64,000 bases of DNA, from the NCBI GenBank assembly GCA_035482295.1, contig DATHQX010000222.1, positions 24,911 through 88,910 of the forward strand, read 5' to 3'. A program made the translations under genes and the position numbers. Source of the stretch: Verrucomicrobiia bacterium. Its GTDB lineage: Bacteria; Acidobacteriota; Terriglobia; Terriglobales; Acidobacteriaceae. Numbering within the stretch: the stretch's first letter is position 1; each line of letters begins with the position of its first letter. Below, one piece after another: positions 37,698 through 49,602 of this stretch. Below the pieces are notes generated by a model. The model had not been told where the DNA came from, searched no databases, and saw nothing but the letters and a program-made list of their open reading frames with translations.

Positions 37698-38499
37698 AGA
37701 GGGACTACCCCGAGCGAATGTGCTCGGGGTAGGCATCCACGCGATCGCGATGCAGGAAGCCCTGCGCGAATCGGAGTGGGCACTCCAGCAGCGCCGTAAG
37801 GCCTACATTTGCGTAACCGGCGTCCACGGCGTCATGGAGGCGCAATCGGACTTGGCGCTGCGAGACATTCTGAATGGCGCGTTCCTGTGCACGCCGGATG
37901 GAATGCCAACGGTCTGGGTTGGCCGATGCCAAGGTTACCAGCAGATGCGCCGCGTTTACGGCCCCGATTTCATGTGGGAGCTGTGTCGCCAATCCGTGAA
38001 ACCAGGTTACCGGCACTTCCTGTATGGCGGAAAGCCTGGTGTCGCTGACACCCTGAAATTGTCGCTCGAGAAACGCATTCCCGGCATCCTCATCTGCGGC
38101 ACCTACACTCCGCCATTCCAGCCCCTGACCCCTCAAGAGGAAGATCGATTAACTAATGCCGTGAATAGCGCGTGCCCTGATATCGTCTGGGTCGGCCTCA
38201 GCACGCCGAAGCAGGAACACTTCATGGGCCAATTTCTGGATCGTCTCAACACTTCGCTGATGATCGGCGTCGGCGCGGCATTCGATATTCATGCCGGACT
38301 CGTGCCCGATGCGCCAGGCTGGATGAAGGCCTCAGGACTCCAGTGGCTGCATCGGCTGTACACGGAACCCAGACGCCTGTGGCGTCGGTACCTTTCCAAT
38401 AACCCCCGATTCCTTTGGAAGATCCTGCTACAACTCACCAGACTCAAGAGCTTCTCATTGAACACTGCGATCATTCGATCGGAGGTGAACGCAGACTAA
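37684..38499 (+). CDS. WecB/TagA/CpsF-family glycosyltransferase (GT26)
   Basis: ANVLGVGIHAIAMQEAL...YICVTGVHGVMEAQSD...FLCTPDGMPTVWVGR...YGPDFMWELC...HFLYGGKPGVA...VGLSTPKQEHFM. ATG 37684 overlaps the preceding gene by 14 nt. Confidence 0.85.
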   Translation: MPPTREGLPRANVLGVGIHAIAMQEALRESEWALQQRRKAYICVTGVHGVMEAQSDLALRDILNGAFLCTPDGMPTVWVGRCQGYQQMRRVYGPDFMWELCRQSVKPGYRHFLYGGKPGVADTLKLSLEKRIPGILICGTYTPPFQPLTPQEEDRLTNAVNSACPDIVWVGLSTPKQEHFMGQFLDRLNTSLMIGVGAAFDIHAGLVPDAPGWMKASGLQWLHRLYTEPRRLWRRYLSNNPRFLWKILLQLTRLKSFSLNTAIIRSEVNAD

Positions 38500-38525
38500 C
38501 CAGAGCAGTTGGCGTCTCTTTCCGC

Positions 38526-38556
38526 GCGGACCTCGCCTGAGGTCCGCCTTTTTTTT
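38526..38556 (+). terminator. Rho-independent terminator closing the EPS locus
   Basis: Perfect 8-bp GC-rich stem GCGGACCT (38526-33) / AGGTCCGC (38540-47), a 6-nt loop, then C plus T8 (38549-56). Confidence 0.8.
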
Positions 38557-38728
38557 GATGAACAATTTTGTTGTGACCCGCATCACTGCCACATTTCTGT
38601 AAAGCGCAGAGCATAGGGATTCGCGATTAGCCGGGAAACTCTGGCCGTTGTTTCTGCGCCCGCAGATGATCGTTCCCGGCCTCGCGAAGTGGAAGGTTGC
38701 ACTGCTCCCGCATTTCAATTGAGTCTGA

Positions 38729-40138
38729 TTGGCACGATGCCCCCTCGAGCAATGCTTCGTGTCAACCGTACAGGTGCGCCGCTTGAGCCAAAACCGAATT
38801 CTGGTCGTTGATATCGACCCTGTCATCCGCTCTGGTATTTGCAGTTTTCTTTCCGCGCAAGGCCATATTGTTTGCGATGTCTCCAATTACGACGACGCCC
38901 AGACCGAACTACGCCGCTTCCGCCCGGAGGCACTCGTGCTCGATTTGTACCTCCCTAATGGGGATGTACCTCAGTTGCTGCGTCTGGTTAAGGCCCTGCA
39001 ACCGGCGGTTCCGGTAGTGGTGCTCAGTGGACAGTCGAGTGCCGACGCGGCTGGCCGCGCCGTCCGCATGGGCGCGGACCAGATTTTGGTGAAGCCCGTC
39101 GAACTGCACGAACTGCATGCCGTTCTCTTGCGCCTGTTAAAGGGCGAACGAATCTCGTCACGATCCACTCTTTCGCACAAGAGCGAGTGCATCGATCCGT
39201 TTGTCGGCACAAGTGCTGCAATTCAAAATCTACGAACGATTGCCAGCCGCGTGCTTTCGAGCGAAAGTCCGATTCTTCTGCAGGGTGAAACGGGATCGGG
39301 AAAGGGAGTGCTCGCCAACTGGATTCACCGCAATGGCCCTCGTGCCCACAAGCCTTTTCTCGATCTGAACTGCGCTGGATTGTCTCGTGAGTTACTTGAG
39401 TCGGAATTATTTGGCTACGAAAAGGGTGCCTTCACCAGCGCCGTCAACGCAAAACAAGGCTTGCTGGAAGTCGCAAACCGCGGTACGGTCTTTCTCGACG
39501 AGATCGGCGACATCGACCTCCAGGTGCAACCCAAACTGCTCAAGGTGCTGGAGGAGCGCACATTTCGTCGGTTGGGTGACGTTCGTGATCGCGCCGTCGA
39601 TATCCGGCTCATCTCGGCCACTCATCGAGAACTGCCGCAATTAGTTCGCGAAAAACAATTTCGCAGCGATCTGTTTTTTCGGCTAAACATTTTCTTTGTT
39701 TCCGTGCCTTCTCTGCGCGAACGTAAAGAAGATATCGCTCTTCTCTCCCAGCGTATCTTGACAACTATCACTCGCAGATACGCTCGTCCGGAGCTGCGCA
39801 TTTCGGATTCTGCGATGGGGGATCTTGAGCGTTATCCTTGGCCGGGTAATATTCGAGAGCTGCGCAATGTGATGGAGCGTGCGGCTATGGTTGCCGACCA
39901 CGGTGTGATCTCGCCGGAGCACCTGCACTTTCAGGTCGCCGGCCACGAACAGCTGCCATCGGGTCTCAATGGAACATTGAAAGACGTTGAATGCGCTTAC
40001 ATCCGGCATGTCTTACAGGATGAAGGCGGATCGATTGAGCATGCAGCGCGCCGCCTAGGCATTCCCCGCAGCTCGCTCTACAACAAAATGAGGCGCTTCG
40101 ACATCCCGCATGGCACAGGACGCCTCTTGTTAGACTAG
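38729..40138 (+). CDS. Sigma-54-dependent response regulator (NtrC-family enhancer-binding protein)
   Basis: Receiver (ILVVDIDP...[12 protein letters not shown]...VVVLSG), AAA+ sigma-54 module ([21 protein letters not shown] variant of [21 protein letters not shown]), and a C-terminal Fis-type HTH ([16 protein letters not shown]). The start is uncertain (TTG 38729, GTG 38759 or 38774). Confidence 0.9.
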   Translation: MARCPLEQCFVSTVQVRRLSQNRILVVDIDPVIRSGICSFLSAQGHIVCDVSNYDDAQTELRRFRPEALVLDLYLPNGDVPQLLRLVKALQPAVPVVVLSGQSSADAAGRAVRMGADQILVKPVELHELHAVLLRLLKGERISSRSTLSHKSECIDPFVGTSAAIQNLRTIASRVLSSESPILLQGETGSGKGVLANWIHRNGPRAHKPFLDLNCAGLSRELLESELFGYEKGAFTSAVNAKQGLLEVANRGTVFLDEIGDIDLQVQPKLLKVLEERTFRRLGDVRDRAVDIRLISATHRELPQLVREKQFRSDLFFRLNIFFVSVPSLRERKEDIALLSQRILTTITRRYARPELRISDSAMGDLERYPWPGNIRELRNVMERAAMVADHGVISPEHLHFQVAGHEQLPSGLNGTLKDVECAYIRHVLQDEGGSIEHAARRLGIPRSSLYNKMRRFDIPHGTGRLLLD

Positions 40139-40200
40139 TTGCGATTTTGGTGGCCAACCCAGTCTACGGGTCCCACACTCTTACGATATAGTTACTGGAT

Positions 40201-40380
40201 ATGTGGGCTCTCACTCGGCTTCCGGAATTTTACAAAGCCTATCAGGCCACAGACGCAACGCTTACTCCTGCTGAAGCCGCTGCTTCCCTTCCATTACCAA
40301 AAGGACTCCTCGTGGCGTTCGTATTGGCTACCCCATTTTGGACAGCTATCGGACTTCTGGTCCATCACATCGCCCGTTAG
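40201..40380 (+). CDS. Possible small membrane protein (59 aa; below the ORF-track cut-off)
   Basis: My own translation from ATG 40201 to TAG 40378-80: MWALTRLPEFYKAYQATDATLTPAEAAASLPLPKGLLVAFVLATPFWTAIGLLVHHIAR, with one clear TM segment. There is no homology evidence. Confidence 0.3.
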   Translation: MWALTRLPEFYKAYQATDATLTPAEAAASLPLPKGLLVAFVLATPFWTAIGLLVHHIAR

Positions 40381-40460
40381 CGTCGTTGCCCGGCCTTTCC
40401 GCCTCTCACACGTTATGATGAATTCGGTCGTCATTTCATTTGTGGGGTAAGTGTCTTTAC

Positions 40461-41666
40461 ATGCCTGATGCCTTTATCTGCGATGTCATTCGTACTCCTT
40501 TCGGACGATACGGTGGAGCGCTGTCGACCGTTCGGACAGACGACCTGGCGGCTATCCCTATCAAAGCGTTGCTCGAGCGCAATCCAAATGTGGATTGGAC
40601 TGCGGTCGATGACGTGGTCTTCGGCTGCGCGAACCAAGCAGGAGAGGACAACCGCAATGTCGCCCGAATGGCGCTGCTACTTGCCGGATTGTCCCAGACT
40701 GTCCCTGGTACGACCGTGAATCGACTCTGCGGTTCCAGCATGGATGCGGTTGCCATCGCCGCACGTGCGATCAAGACCGCGGAGAACTCGCTAGTACTGG
40801 CCGGAGGCGTGGAAAGTATGTCGCGGGCTCCATTCGTTATGGGTAAAGCTGATTCAGCCTTTTCCCGCACAACGAAACTGGAAGACACGACGCTCGGCTG
40901 GCGCTTCGTCAATCCGGCAATGAAAACTCTGTATGGCACCGACTCCATGCCTGAAACAGGAGAAAATGTCGCCGCTGAGTTCAGCATCTCGCGTGAGGAT
41001 CAGGATGCCTTCGCCTACCGTAGCCAGCAACGGGCCGCCGCCGCGATGCAAAACGGCATCCTGGCAGAGGAACTCACGCCGGTGACGATCACGCCACGAA
41101 AAGGACCACCGGTCGTTTTCGACAAGGATGAACATCCGCGGCCGGACACCACCTTAGAGGCTCTGGCTGCTCTCAAGCCGGTCGTGAAAGCCGATGGGAC
41201 CATCACCGCTGGCAACGCATCTGGGGTCAACGACGGAGCTTGTGCTCTGCTGCTGGCATCCGAGGGGGCAGCCAAGCGATACGGCTTGAAACCTAAGGCG
41301 CGAGTGGTAGCCTCAGCGGTCGCCGGAGTCGCTCCTCGCATAATGGGCATGGGGCCGGTTCCAGCCACGCGCAAAGTCCTTGCCCTCGCTGGACTGACCA
41401 TTGCCGAAATGGACGTAATCGAGCTGAACGAGGCTTTCGCATCCCAGGCGCTGGCCGTATTGCGCGATTTGGAAGTACCAGACGACGCGTCCCATGTAAA
41501 TCCGAACGGCGGGGCCATTGCGCTCGGCCATCCGCTTGGAGCGAGTGGGGCGCGTCTGGTGGCTGCGGCAACTTTGCAACTGCAACGTACCGGAGGGCGC
41601 TATGCCCTCTGCACGATGTGCATCGGCGTGGGACAAGGCATAGCCATGGTGTTGGAACGACTTTAA
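40461..41666 (+). CDS. Acetyl-CoA C-acyltransferase (thiolase; beta-ketoadipyl-CoA/PaaJ-PcaF-like)
   Basis: MPDAFICDVIRTPFGRYGGALS...; catalytic Cys NRLCGSSMDA, His NPNGGAIALGHPLGASG and Cys CIGVGQG. Confidence 0.95.
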   Translation: MPDAFICDVIRTPFGRYGGALSTVRTDDLAAIPIKALLERNPNVDWTAVDDVVFGCANQAGEDNRNVARMALLLAGLSQTVPGTTVNRLCGSSMDAVAIAARAIKTAENSLVLAGGVESMSRAPFVMGKADSAFSRTTKLEDTTLGWRFVNPAMKTLYGTDSMPETGENVAAEFSISREDQDAFAYRSQQRAAAAMQNGILAEELTPVTITPRKGPPVVFDKDEHPRPDTTLEALAALKPVVKADGTITAGNASGVNDGACALLLASEGAAKRYGLKPKARVVASAVAGVAPRIMGMGPVPATRKVLALAGLTIAEMDVIELNEAFASQALAVLRDLEVPDDASHVNPNGGAIALGHPLGASGARLVAAATLQLQRTGGRYALCTMCIGVGQGIAMVLERL

Positions 41667-41725
41667 GACCTCAAAATCAAGCCCGGCGAACAACATTTTG
41701 TCCCTCTCGGACCTTCAAAGCATGC

Positions 41726-42076
41726 ATGTTGCAATTTGTCTGTGATTTCTGTGGCAACGTCAAAGAGTCTGGCGAGACCTGGATCAATGGTGTCGCTGCC
41801 GAGAACGTGGGTACCCAGGCTGCACGGCGTGAGGTCATCATTGACCCAACATGGCGTCGCGAGCGAGCCATCCTGCCGCTTGCGGTGCATTTCTGCTCGT
41901 TAGAGTGCAAGGACAACTACCTGGAGCAGTTGTTCAACAAGCCCGTCCCTGTGCTCGAGGTCGTGAAAACGACGGTCGACAACCGAGGCGTTCGAAAAGT
42001 CACAGCCAAGAAGAAGCTGCCGTCCTCGGCGGCCCGACTCCGCAGCAAGACTTCGAGGAAGGCGCGCGCCCATTGA
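41726..42076 (+). CDS. Small Cys4 (zinc-ribbon-like) protein with a Lys/Arg-rich tail
   Basis: MLQFVCDFCGNVK...HFCSLECKDNY (CxxC...CxxxC), then a basic tail KVTAKKKLPSSAARLRSKTSRKARAH. Start taken at ATG 41726, since upstream the ORF overlaps the thiolase. Confidence 0.45.
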   Translation: MLQFVCDFCGNVKESGETWINGVAAENVGTQAARREVIIDPTWRRERAILPLAVHFCSLECKDNYLEQLFNKPVPVLEVVKTTVDNRGVRKVTAKKKLPSSAARLRSKTSRKARAH

Positions 42077-42288
42077 ACGAACGCCGAGCGACCGCTTCGG
42101 CAGGTATTTTGCAGCCTCTGTCGTTTGACCATACGGCAGCCCTCTCATAAACTTATATTTGGGGCGAGTGCATTTGTTTTCCTGCTCGCATCGCCGGCGC
42201 CCTCGCATCCCGAGCACATTGTGCACTCAACCTCGAGGGAGGGTTCTCGCCGAGTTCTCCCATTCTTAATCTGTTTGAAGGCAATTCC

Positions 42289-43593
42289 TTGACGACTGAA
42301 ACTACAGCGACAGAAACGACCTCCGAAGAAATTAATCCTTGTCAGCGCGAACTCGCCATTGAAATTCCGGCCGAGGTAGTAAAAGCGGAGACTGAAAATC
42401 TCATTAACCGCTATCAAAAACTGGCGCGAATTCCGGGCTTCCGCAAGGGCAAAGTCCCAGCTTCCATTGTCCGCCAGCGCTTTGCCGAAGAAATCAAGAG
42501 CGACGTAGTTGATGCGCTGGTTCCCCGTTATTTCCGGGACGAAGCCAAGAAGCAGAATCTCTCGCCGGTTTCCCAACCTCGAGTAACCGATCTTCACATA
42601 CACGAAGGAGAACCCCTGCGCTTCAAGGCTTCGTTCGAAGTTCTACCTGACTTTAAGGTCGCCCCCTATGACGACATTCGCGTCGAGACTCTGGACACCA
42701 ACGTTTCAGACGAAGAGGTCGAGACTTCGCTGACGAACCTCCGCGAGCAACAGGCGGCGTACACGGCCGTCGAAGAGGATCGGACACTCGCGGACGGGGA
42801 CTTCGCGGTGGTTAGCTTCAAGGGAACGCCTAAAGAAGCCCAGGACGATGCGAAACCTGTAGAGGTTGACGAGATCATGGTCGAGATCGGCGGCCAGAAC
42901 ACCATCCCGGATTTCAGCGATAACCTGCGTGGAGCCAAACCGAACGAGCAGCGAACCTTTGACGTGAAGTATGCCGACGACTTCTCTGACAAGCGACTTG
43001 CCGGTAAGACGCTGACTTACGAGGTCTCCATCAAAGGTATCAAAACGAAGACGGTCCCGGAGTTGAACGACGAGTTTGCCAAAGAACTCAGCACAGACTT
43101 CAACACGGTCGGCGATCTCCGCAATCGCGTGCGCGATAACATGAAGGCCGAAAAGGAGCACGAGGCCGAGCATCAGGGCAAAGACAAACTCGTAGAGGAA
43201 TTGCTCAAACGCAACGACTTTGCTGTTCCCGAGGCCTTAGTCAATGATCAGATCGATGTTCGTCTGGAACGCGGTCTACGAGCGCTCGCAGCTCAAGGCA
43301 TGCGGACTGAGGACATGAAGAATATGGACTTCAGCCGCCTGCGTGTCGGTCAGCGGGAAGGTGCATTACGTGAAGTTCGGACGGCCCTGATCCTCGATCA
43401 GATCGCCGAACAGGAGAAGATCGAGGTTCCGGAGGACGAACTGGAACACGATTTGGAAGAGCTTGCAAAGCAGTCCAAACAGACGTTGGAGCAAGTACGC
43501 ACTCGTTTAACGGAGAATGGTGGGCTGGATAGAATTCGCCATCGTCTGCGCAACGAGAAGACTCTAGACACCCTTTACCGCAGATCGGCGTAG
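42289..43593 (+). CDS. tig: Trigger factor
   Basis: Ribosome-binding N-domain signature RIPGFRKGKVP, a central FKBP-like domain and a C-terminal helical domain. In the conserved position upstream of clpP-clpX. TTG start. Confidence 0.93.
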   Translation: MTTETTATETTSEEINPCQRELAIEIPAEVVKAETENLINRYQKLARIPGFRKGKVPASIVRQRFAEEIKSDVVDALVPRYFRDEAKKQNLSPVSQPRVTDLHIHEGEPLRFKASFEVLPDFKVAPYDDIRVETLDTNVSDEEVETSLTNLREQQAAYTAVEEDRTLADGDFAVVSFKGTPKEAQDDAKPVEVDEIMVEIGGQNTIPDFSDNLRGAKPNEQRTFDVKYADDFSDKRLAGKTLTYEVSIKGIKTKTVPELNDEFAKELSTDFNTVGDLRNRVRDNMKAEKEHEAEHQGKDKLVEELLKRNDFAVPEALVNDQIDVRLERGLRALAAQGMRTEDMKNMDFSRLRVGQREGALREVRTALILDQIAEQEKIEVPEDELEHDLEELAKQSKQTLEQVRTRLTENGGLDRIRHRLRNEKTLDTLYRRSA

Positions 43594-43738
43594 AAGATTT
43601 GCATTCCAACTCCCAACTTTTCCTCGCTGGAAAAGTGTGGGTTAAGGCGTACGGCGGGTAGTGCCCGCTGCCGGCATCCCAAGCACAGTAAAGGGGCTGC
43701 CGAGAACGCATGCCGCAGAGGCAGAGGAGCGACGAATA

Positions 43739-44323
43739 ATGCTTGTGCCCATGGTGATTGAGCAAACCAGCAGGGGCGAGCGGGCCTACGATATCTATTC
43801 CCGGCTGTTGCGGGACAACATTATCTTTCTTGGCACTCCTATCGATGATAATGTCGCAAACCTGATTATCGCGCAGATGCTGTTCCTGGAAGCAGAGGAT
43901 CCGGAAAAAGACATCTCCCTGTACATCAATTCGCCCGGCGGCTCGATTACGGCGGGTATGGCAATCTACGACACTATGCAGTTCATCCGGCCGGATGTAA
44001 CGACCATTTGCATTGGCCAAGCCGCCAGCATGGCGGCGACGCTGCTGGCCGGCGGCGCACCCAAGAAGCGGTTTGCCCTGCCGACCTCGCGCATCCTGAT
44101 TCACCAGCCGCTCATGTCCGGCCTCTCCGGTCAGGCCACTGATATCGACATTCACGCGCGCGAGATCCTGCGCATGCGCGAGATCACGAATCAGTTGCTT
44201 TCGAAACACAGTGGTCAGCCGCTAGAGAAGGTTGAGCGCGACGTCGAGCGCGATTTCATCATGAATGCTTATCAGGCGAAGGAATATGGAATCGTCGACG
44301 ACATTATTTTTAAACATAAATAG
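43739..44323 (+). CDS. clpP: ATP-dependent Clp protease proteolytic subunit
   Basis: [32 protein letters not shown]...; catalytic Ser (GQAASMAA), His (IHQP) and Asp. ATG 43739 is preceded by GAGGAG. Confidence 0.97.
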   Translation: MLVPMVIEQTSRGERAYDIYSRLLRDNIIFLGTPIDDNVANLIIAQMLFLEAEDPEKDISLYINSPGGSITAGMAIYDTMQFIRPDVTTICIGQAASMAATLLAGGAPKKRFALPTSRILIHQPLMSGLSGQATDIDIHAREILRMREITNQLLSKHSGQPLEKVERDVERDFIMNAYQAKEYGIVDDIIFKHK

Positions 44324-44602
44324 GAATCCGACATTGTTGGGCACTCGGGTGTAGAAAGATTTTCCAGGGTTGCTGCCAAAGTTGTACGGAACATTGCACT
44401 GAGGGTGCGTTGCGAGAGTCAAAACTGTGGTTCAATAGCTCTCACAGTGCACCAGTTCCAATGGGTTTTCGAGGGGTAGCCGATGGCCGATAGCGGCGAC
44501 CTTCTCAAGGGGTAGCACGACTCCTCCCGGATTGGACGGACGGGGAAGCGGCAAGTCGAGACAATTCAACTTGCTGGCGTGCGCTGTGAAGGAGTTTCAT
44601 CC

Positions 44603-45874
44603 GTGAGAACCAGGACCGGTTCCGAAGAAGTGCTTCGTTGCTCGTTTTGCCACAAGTCACAGGACGCCGTCGCGAAGCTGATTTCCTCTCCCACCGACTA
44701 CCCACGCGCCTACATCTGCGATGAGTGTGTCGCTGTCTGCAACTCCATTCTGGAAGACGATCGCACCGAGGCTCAGCCTGGCGCGACGCCGAACCAGCTC
44801 CCGAAGCCCGCTGAAGTCAAGGCCTTCCTTGATGAATACGTCATCGGACAGCAGCAGACTAAGAAGAAGTTGGCCGTAGCCGTCTACAACCATTACAAGC
44901 GGGTTTACATGAACCGCCAGCGCGGCACGGAAGTGGAACTTGCGAAGTCGAACATCATGCTGATTGGTCCGACGGGCACCGGCAAAACCTTGCTGGCCCA
45001 GACGCTGGCCAAGATGCTGGATGTGCCCTTCGCGATCGTTGACGCCACGACTTTGACCGAGGCAGGTTACGTCGGCGAAGACGTCGAGAACATCATCCTG
45101 AAGCTCTTGCAGGCCGCCGATGGTGACGTGGCCCGCGCTCAGACCGGCATCATCTATATCGACGAAGTCGACAAAATAGGGCGTAAGGATGAGAACCCGT
45201 CCATCACGCGCGACGTCTCCGGCGAGGGCGTCCAGCAGGCGCTGCTGAAGATATTGGAAGGCACCGTAGCCAACGTTCCTCCGCAAGGCGGGCGCAAGCA
45301 CCCGCATCAGGAATTCACCCCGGTCGACACCACCAACATACTTTTCATATGCGGCGGAGCATTTGTCGGTTTGGAGCGCATCATCGGACGACGGTTGGGC
45401 AAGCGCTCGATGGGCTTCCGGACCGATGCCGACAAGGAAGCGGCCTTCACCGAGAGCAACAAGCGCGATACCGAGTTGCTGGCGCGCGTCGAACCACAGG
45501 ACCTGATTAAGTTTGGCCTGATCCCCGAGTTTGTCGGCCGCCTGCCAGTGGTTGGAGTTCTGAGCGATCTGGATGAGGACGCTCTGGTCGAGATTTTGAC
45601 CAAGCCGAAGAACGCTATTGTTAAGCAATACCAGCGCCTGTTCGACTTCGAGAACGTCAAGCTGAAATTCGCCGACGACGCCCTGCGCGCCATTTCGCGC
45701 GACGCGATGTCCCGCAAGGTGGGAGCGCGAGGATTGCGCATGATTCTCGAAGAGCTGATGCTCGACCTCATGTATAACCTCCCCGGCCAGAAGCGCGTCA
45801 AGGACTTTGAGGTCACGCGTGAGATGGTCGAGAAGCGCAACGTCAGCTTGCCTCTGATGGAGAAGGCCGGCTAA
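44603..45874 (+). CDS. clpX: ATP-dependent Clp protease ATP-binding subunit ClpX
   Basis: C4 zinc-binding domain CSFCHK...CDEC, Walker A GPTGTGKT, Walker [10 protein letters not shown] and the pore loop GYVG. GTG 44603 lies 8 nt after GAAGGAG. Confidence 0.97.
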   Translation: MRTRTGSEEVLRCSFCHKSQDAVAKLISSPTDYPRAYICDECVAVCNSILEDDRTEAQPGATPNQLPKPAEVKAFLDEYVIGQQQTKKKLAVAVYNHYKRVYMNRQRGTEVELAKSNIMLIGPTGTGKTLLAQTLAKMLDVPFAIVDATTLTEAGYVGEDVENIILKLLQAADGDVARAQTGIIYIDEVDKIGRKDENPSITRDVSGEGVQQALLKILEGTVANVPPQGGRKHPHQEFTPVDTTNILFICGGAFVGLERIIGRRLGKRSMGFRTDADKEAAFTESNKRDTELLARVEPQDLIKFGLIPEFVGRLPVVGVLSDLDEDALVEILTKPKNAIVKQYQRLFDFENVKLKFADDALRAISRDAMSRKVGARGLRMILEELMLDLMYNLPGQKRVKDFEVTREMVEKRNVSLPLMEKAG

Positions 45875-45902
45875 TCACGACATACACTTGCCAATACTCA
45901 TT

Positions 45903-45931
45903 CGGCGCGGCTTCGGTCGCGCCGATTCGCT
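45903..45931 (+). terminator. Possible weak terminator after clpX
   Basis: 7-bp stem CGGCGCG (45903-09) / CGCGCCG (45918-24) with an 8-nt loop, followed by ATTCGCTT (a poor U-tract). Confidence 0.35.
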
Positions 45932-46292
45932 TATGGCGGGAGCCCCAGGGTCAACTTGAGGCTTAAGGCAGGCGCGGTATGGCACTTCCTTGCTGGGTCT
46001 TGCTAAAAGCGGCATCTACAGGGCCCTGAATCCGTCGGCAAAGGGCCGCATCCAACGAGGAAGCCACACATTTTGTAGACCGCTTGCCAACCCGACCGCG
46101 GCCGCGAGAGCAGATCGCAGAAGTTACTCACTTCTCAACACTTTGTTTGCTTCTTCGGCTTCCCCCGCGTGATATTCTTGAGTAAATCCGGCTGCGACAC
46201 GGGGCCAGCCGGCGCGTACGTGTACGCGTTTCGACAATCATTATTTCTTCCCAGAGCAGCTACTTCGCTCTGAATGACAAGGTGGTTATTCA

Positions 46293-48701
<2,409 letters not shown>

Positions 48702-48723
48702 CCGATTCTTACGCTGATAATAA

Positions 48724-48750
48724 AGGCCCGCTCAATCGGGCCTTTTTTCT
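48724..48750 (+). terminator. Rho-independent terminator after lon
   Basis: Stem AGGCCCG (48724-30) / CGGGCCT (37-43), a 6-nt loop, then a T6 run. Confidence 0.75.
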
Positions 48751-48841
48751 TATCGCTAACTCTTGCCGCGCGGCTTGTGCTGAAAAACGGCTGCCGTTTA
48801 CGCCCCTTGCGCTTTCTTCCTTCTCCAGCGATAGTAAAAAC

Positions 48842-49474
48842 ATGAAGGTTCTGACGCGCTTCGTGACCTCGGCTGCCGATGCCCGGCAGTTCCCTCCTCC
48901 GAACGCGCCAGAGATCGCCTTTGTAGGACGCTCTAATGTTGGAAAGTCCAGCTTGATTAATTCGCTGGTCGGCAGCAAGATCGCGAAGACCAGCAACACT
49001 CCCGGTCGCACCCAGACCATCAATTTCTTCCAGATCCGTCGCCCCGGCAAGCCTCATCCCGACTTCGTCTTTGCTGACCTGCCAGGATACGGCTTTGCAC
49101 GTGTGCCGAAAGAAGTCACGGCACAGTGGGCAAGTTTCATCAACCCGTACTTAGAGAAGCGCGAGTCGCTCGCTCTGTGTCTTCTGCTGGTCGATGTGAC
49201 TATCCCGCCTCAGGAACTCGACAAACAACTCGTCGAGTGGATGCGCCACGTGGAACGCAGGTTTCTCATCGTCGCCACCAAGGCCGACCGCATCTCCGGA
49301 AACCAGCTGCGAACCTCGTTGCAAAAGCTCGCGGAGCAGTTCGGCATCGCACCGGAGCAGATTATTCCGTACTCTGCGAAAGCTCGCGTTGGCTATGACT
49401 CGCTCTGGAAGGCAATCAAAGCGGCTGCAGGTGCGGAAGAGGCACAAGGCGAAGACGTGCCGCAGGCGGGCTGA
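48842..49474 (+). CDS. engB: Ribosome-biogenesis GTPase YihA/YsxC
   Basis: G1 GRSNVGKSSLIN, G2 PGRTQ, G3 DLPGYG, G4 TKADR. In the conserved position after lon. Confidence 0.9.
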   Translation: MKVLTRFVTSAADARQFPPPNAPEIAFVGRSNVGKSSLINSLVGSKIAKTSNTPGRTQTINFFQIRRPGKPHPDFVFADLPGYGFARVPKEVTAQWASFINPYLEKRESLALCLLLVDVTIPPQELDKQLVEWMRHVERRFLIVATKADRISGNQLRTSLQKLAEQFGIAPEQIIPYSAKARVGYDSLWKAIKAAAGAEEAQGEDVPQAG

Positions 49475-49602
49475 AGAAACAACTAGCAACTAGCCGCCAG
49501 CAGTTAGCCTTTGGTACTCAATGCCAATGGGCGGCGGCATTTGCATCTCAGGCGAACCACTACACACACTAATCCCTGACCCCCGATCTCTAACCTCTGC
49601 TC

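Noticed and set aside
38455-38886. 143-aa minus-strand ORF spanning the EPS terminator and the start of the sigma-54 regulator.
   Set aside because: It runs across a strong plus-strand intrinsic terminator and into the regulator CDS. Its composition is not protein-like (Arg/Cys/Thr-rich) and it has no motifs.
44657-45628. 323-aa ORF antisense to clpX. Similar long antisense or alternative-frame ORFs occur at 43331..44209 (within clpP and the end of tig), 11968..12834, 7815..8537, 59304..60134, 49744..50403, 46821..47471 and 8694..9077.
   Set aside because: Each lies entirely inside a gene with strong family motifs on the other strand or frame. Their translations are Arg/Gly/Ala/Pro-rich with no recognisable motifs. 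This is the typical stop-codon-poor shadow-ORF artefact of high-GC DNA.
45980-45994. Sigma-54 promoter-like TGGCACTTCCTTGCT upstream of lon.
   Set aside because: The elements themselves are good, but the spacing is GG-N9-GC, one nt too short. It is therefore unlikely to be functional.
45990-46172. 60-aa ORF in the clpX-lon spacer, and the 103-aa ORF 40139..40450.
   Set aside because: Both are at or near the minimum length, start at non-ATG or weak contexts, and have Arg/Ser/Ala-biased, non-protein-like sequence. Neither has an RBS.
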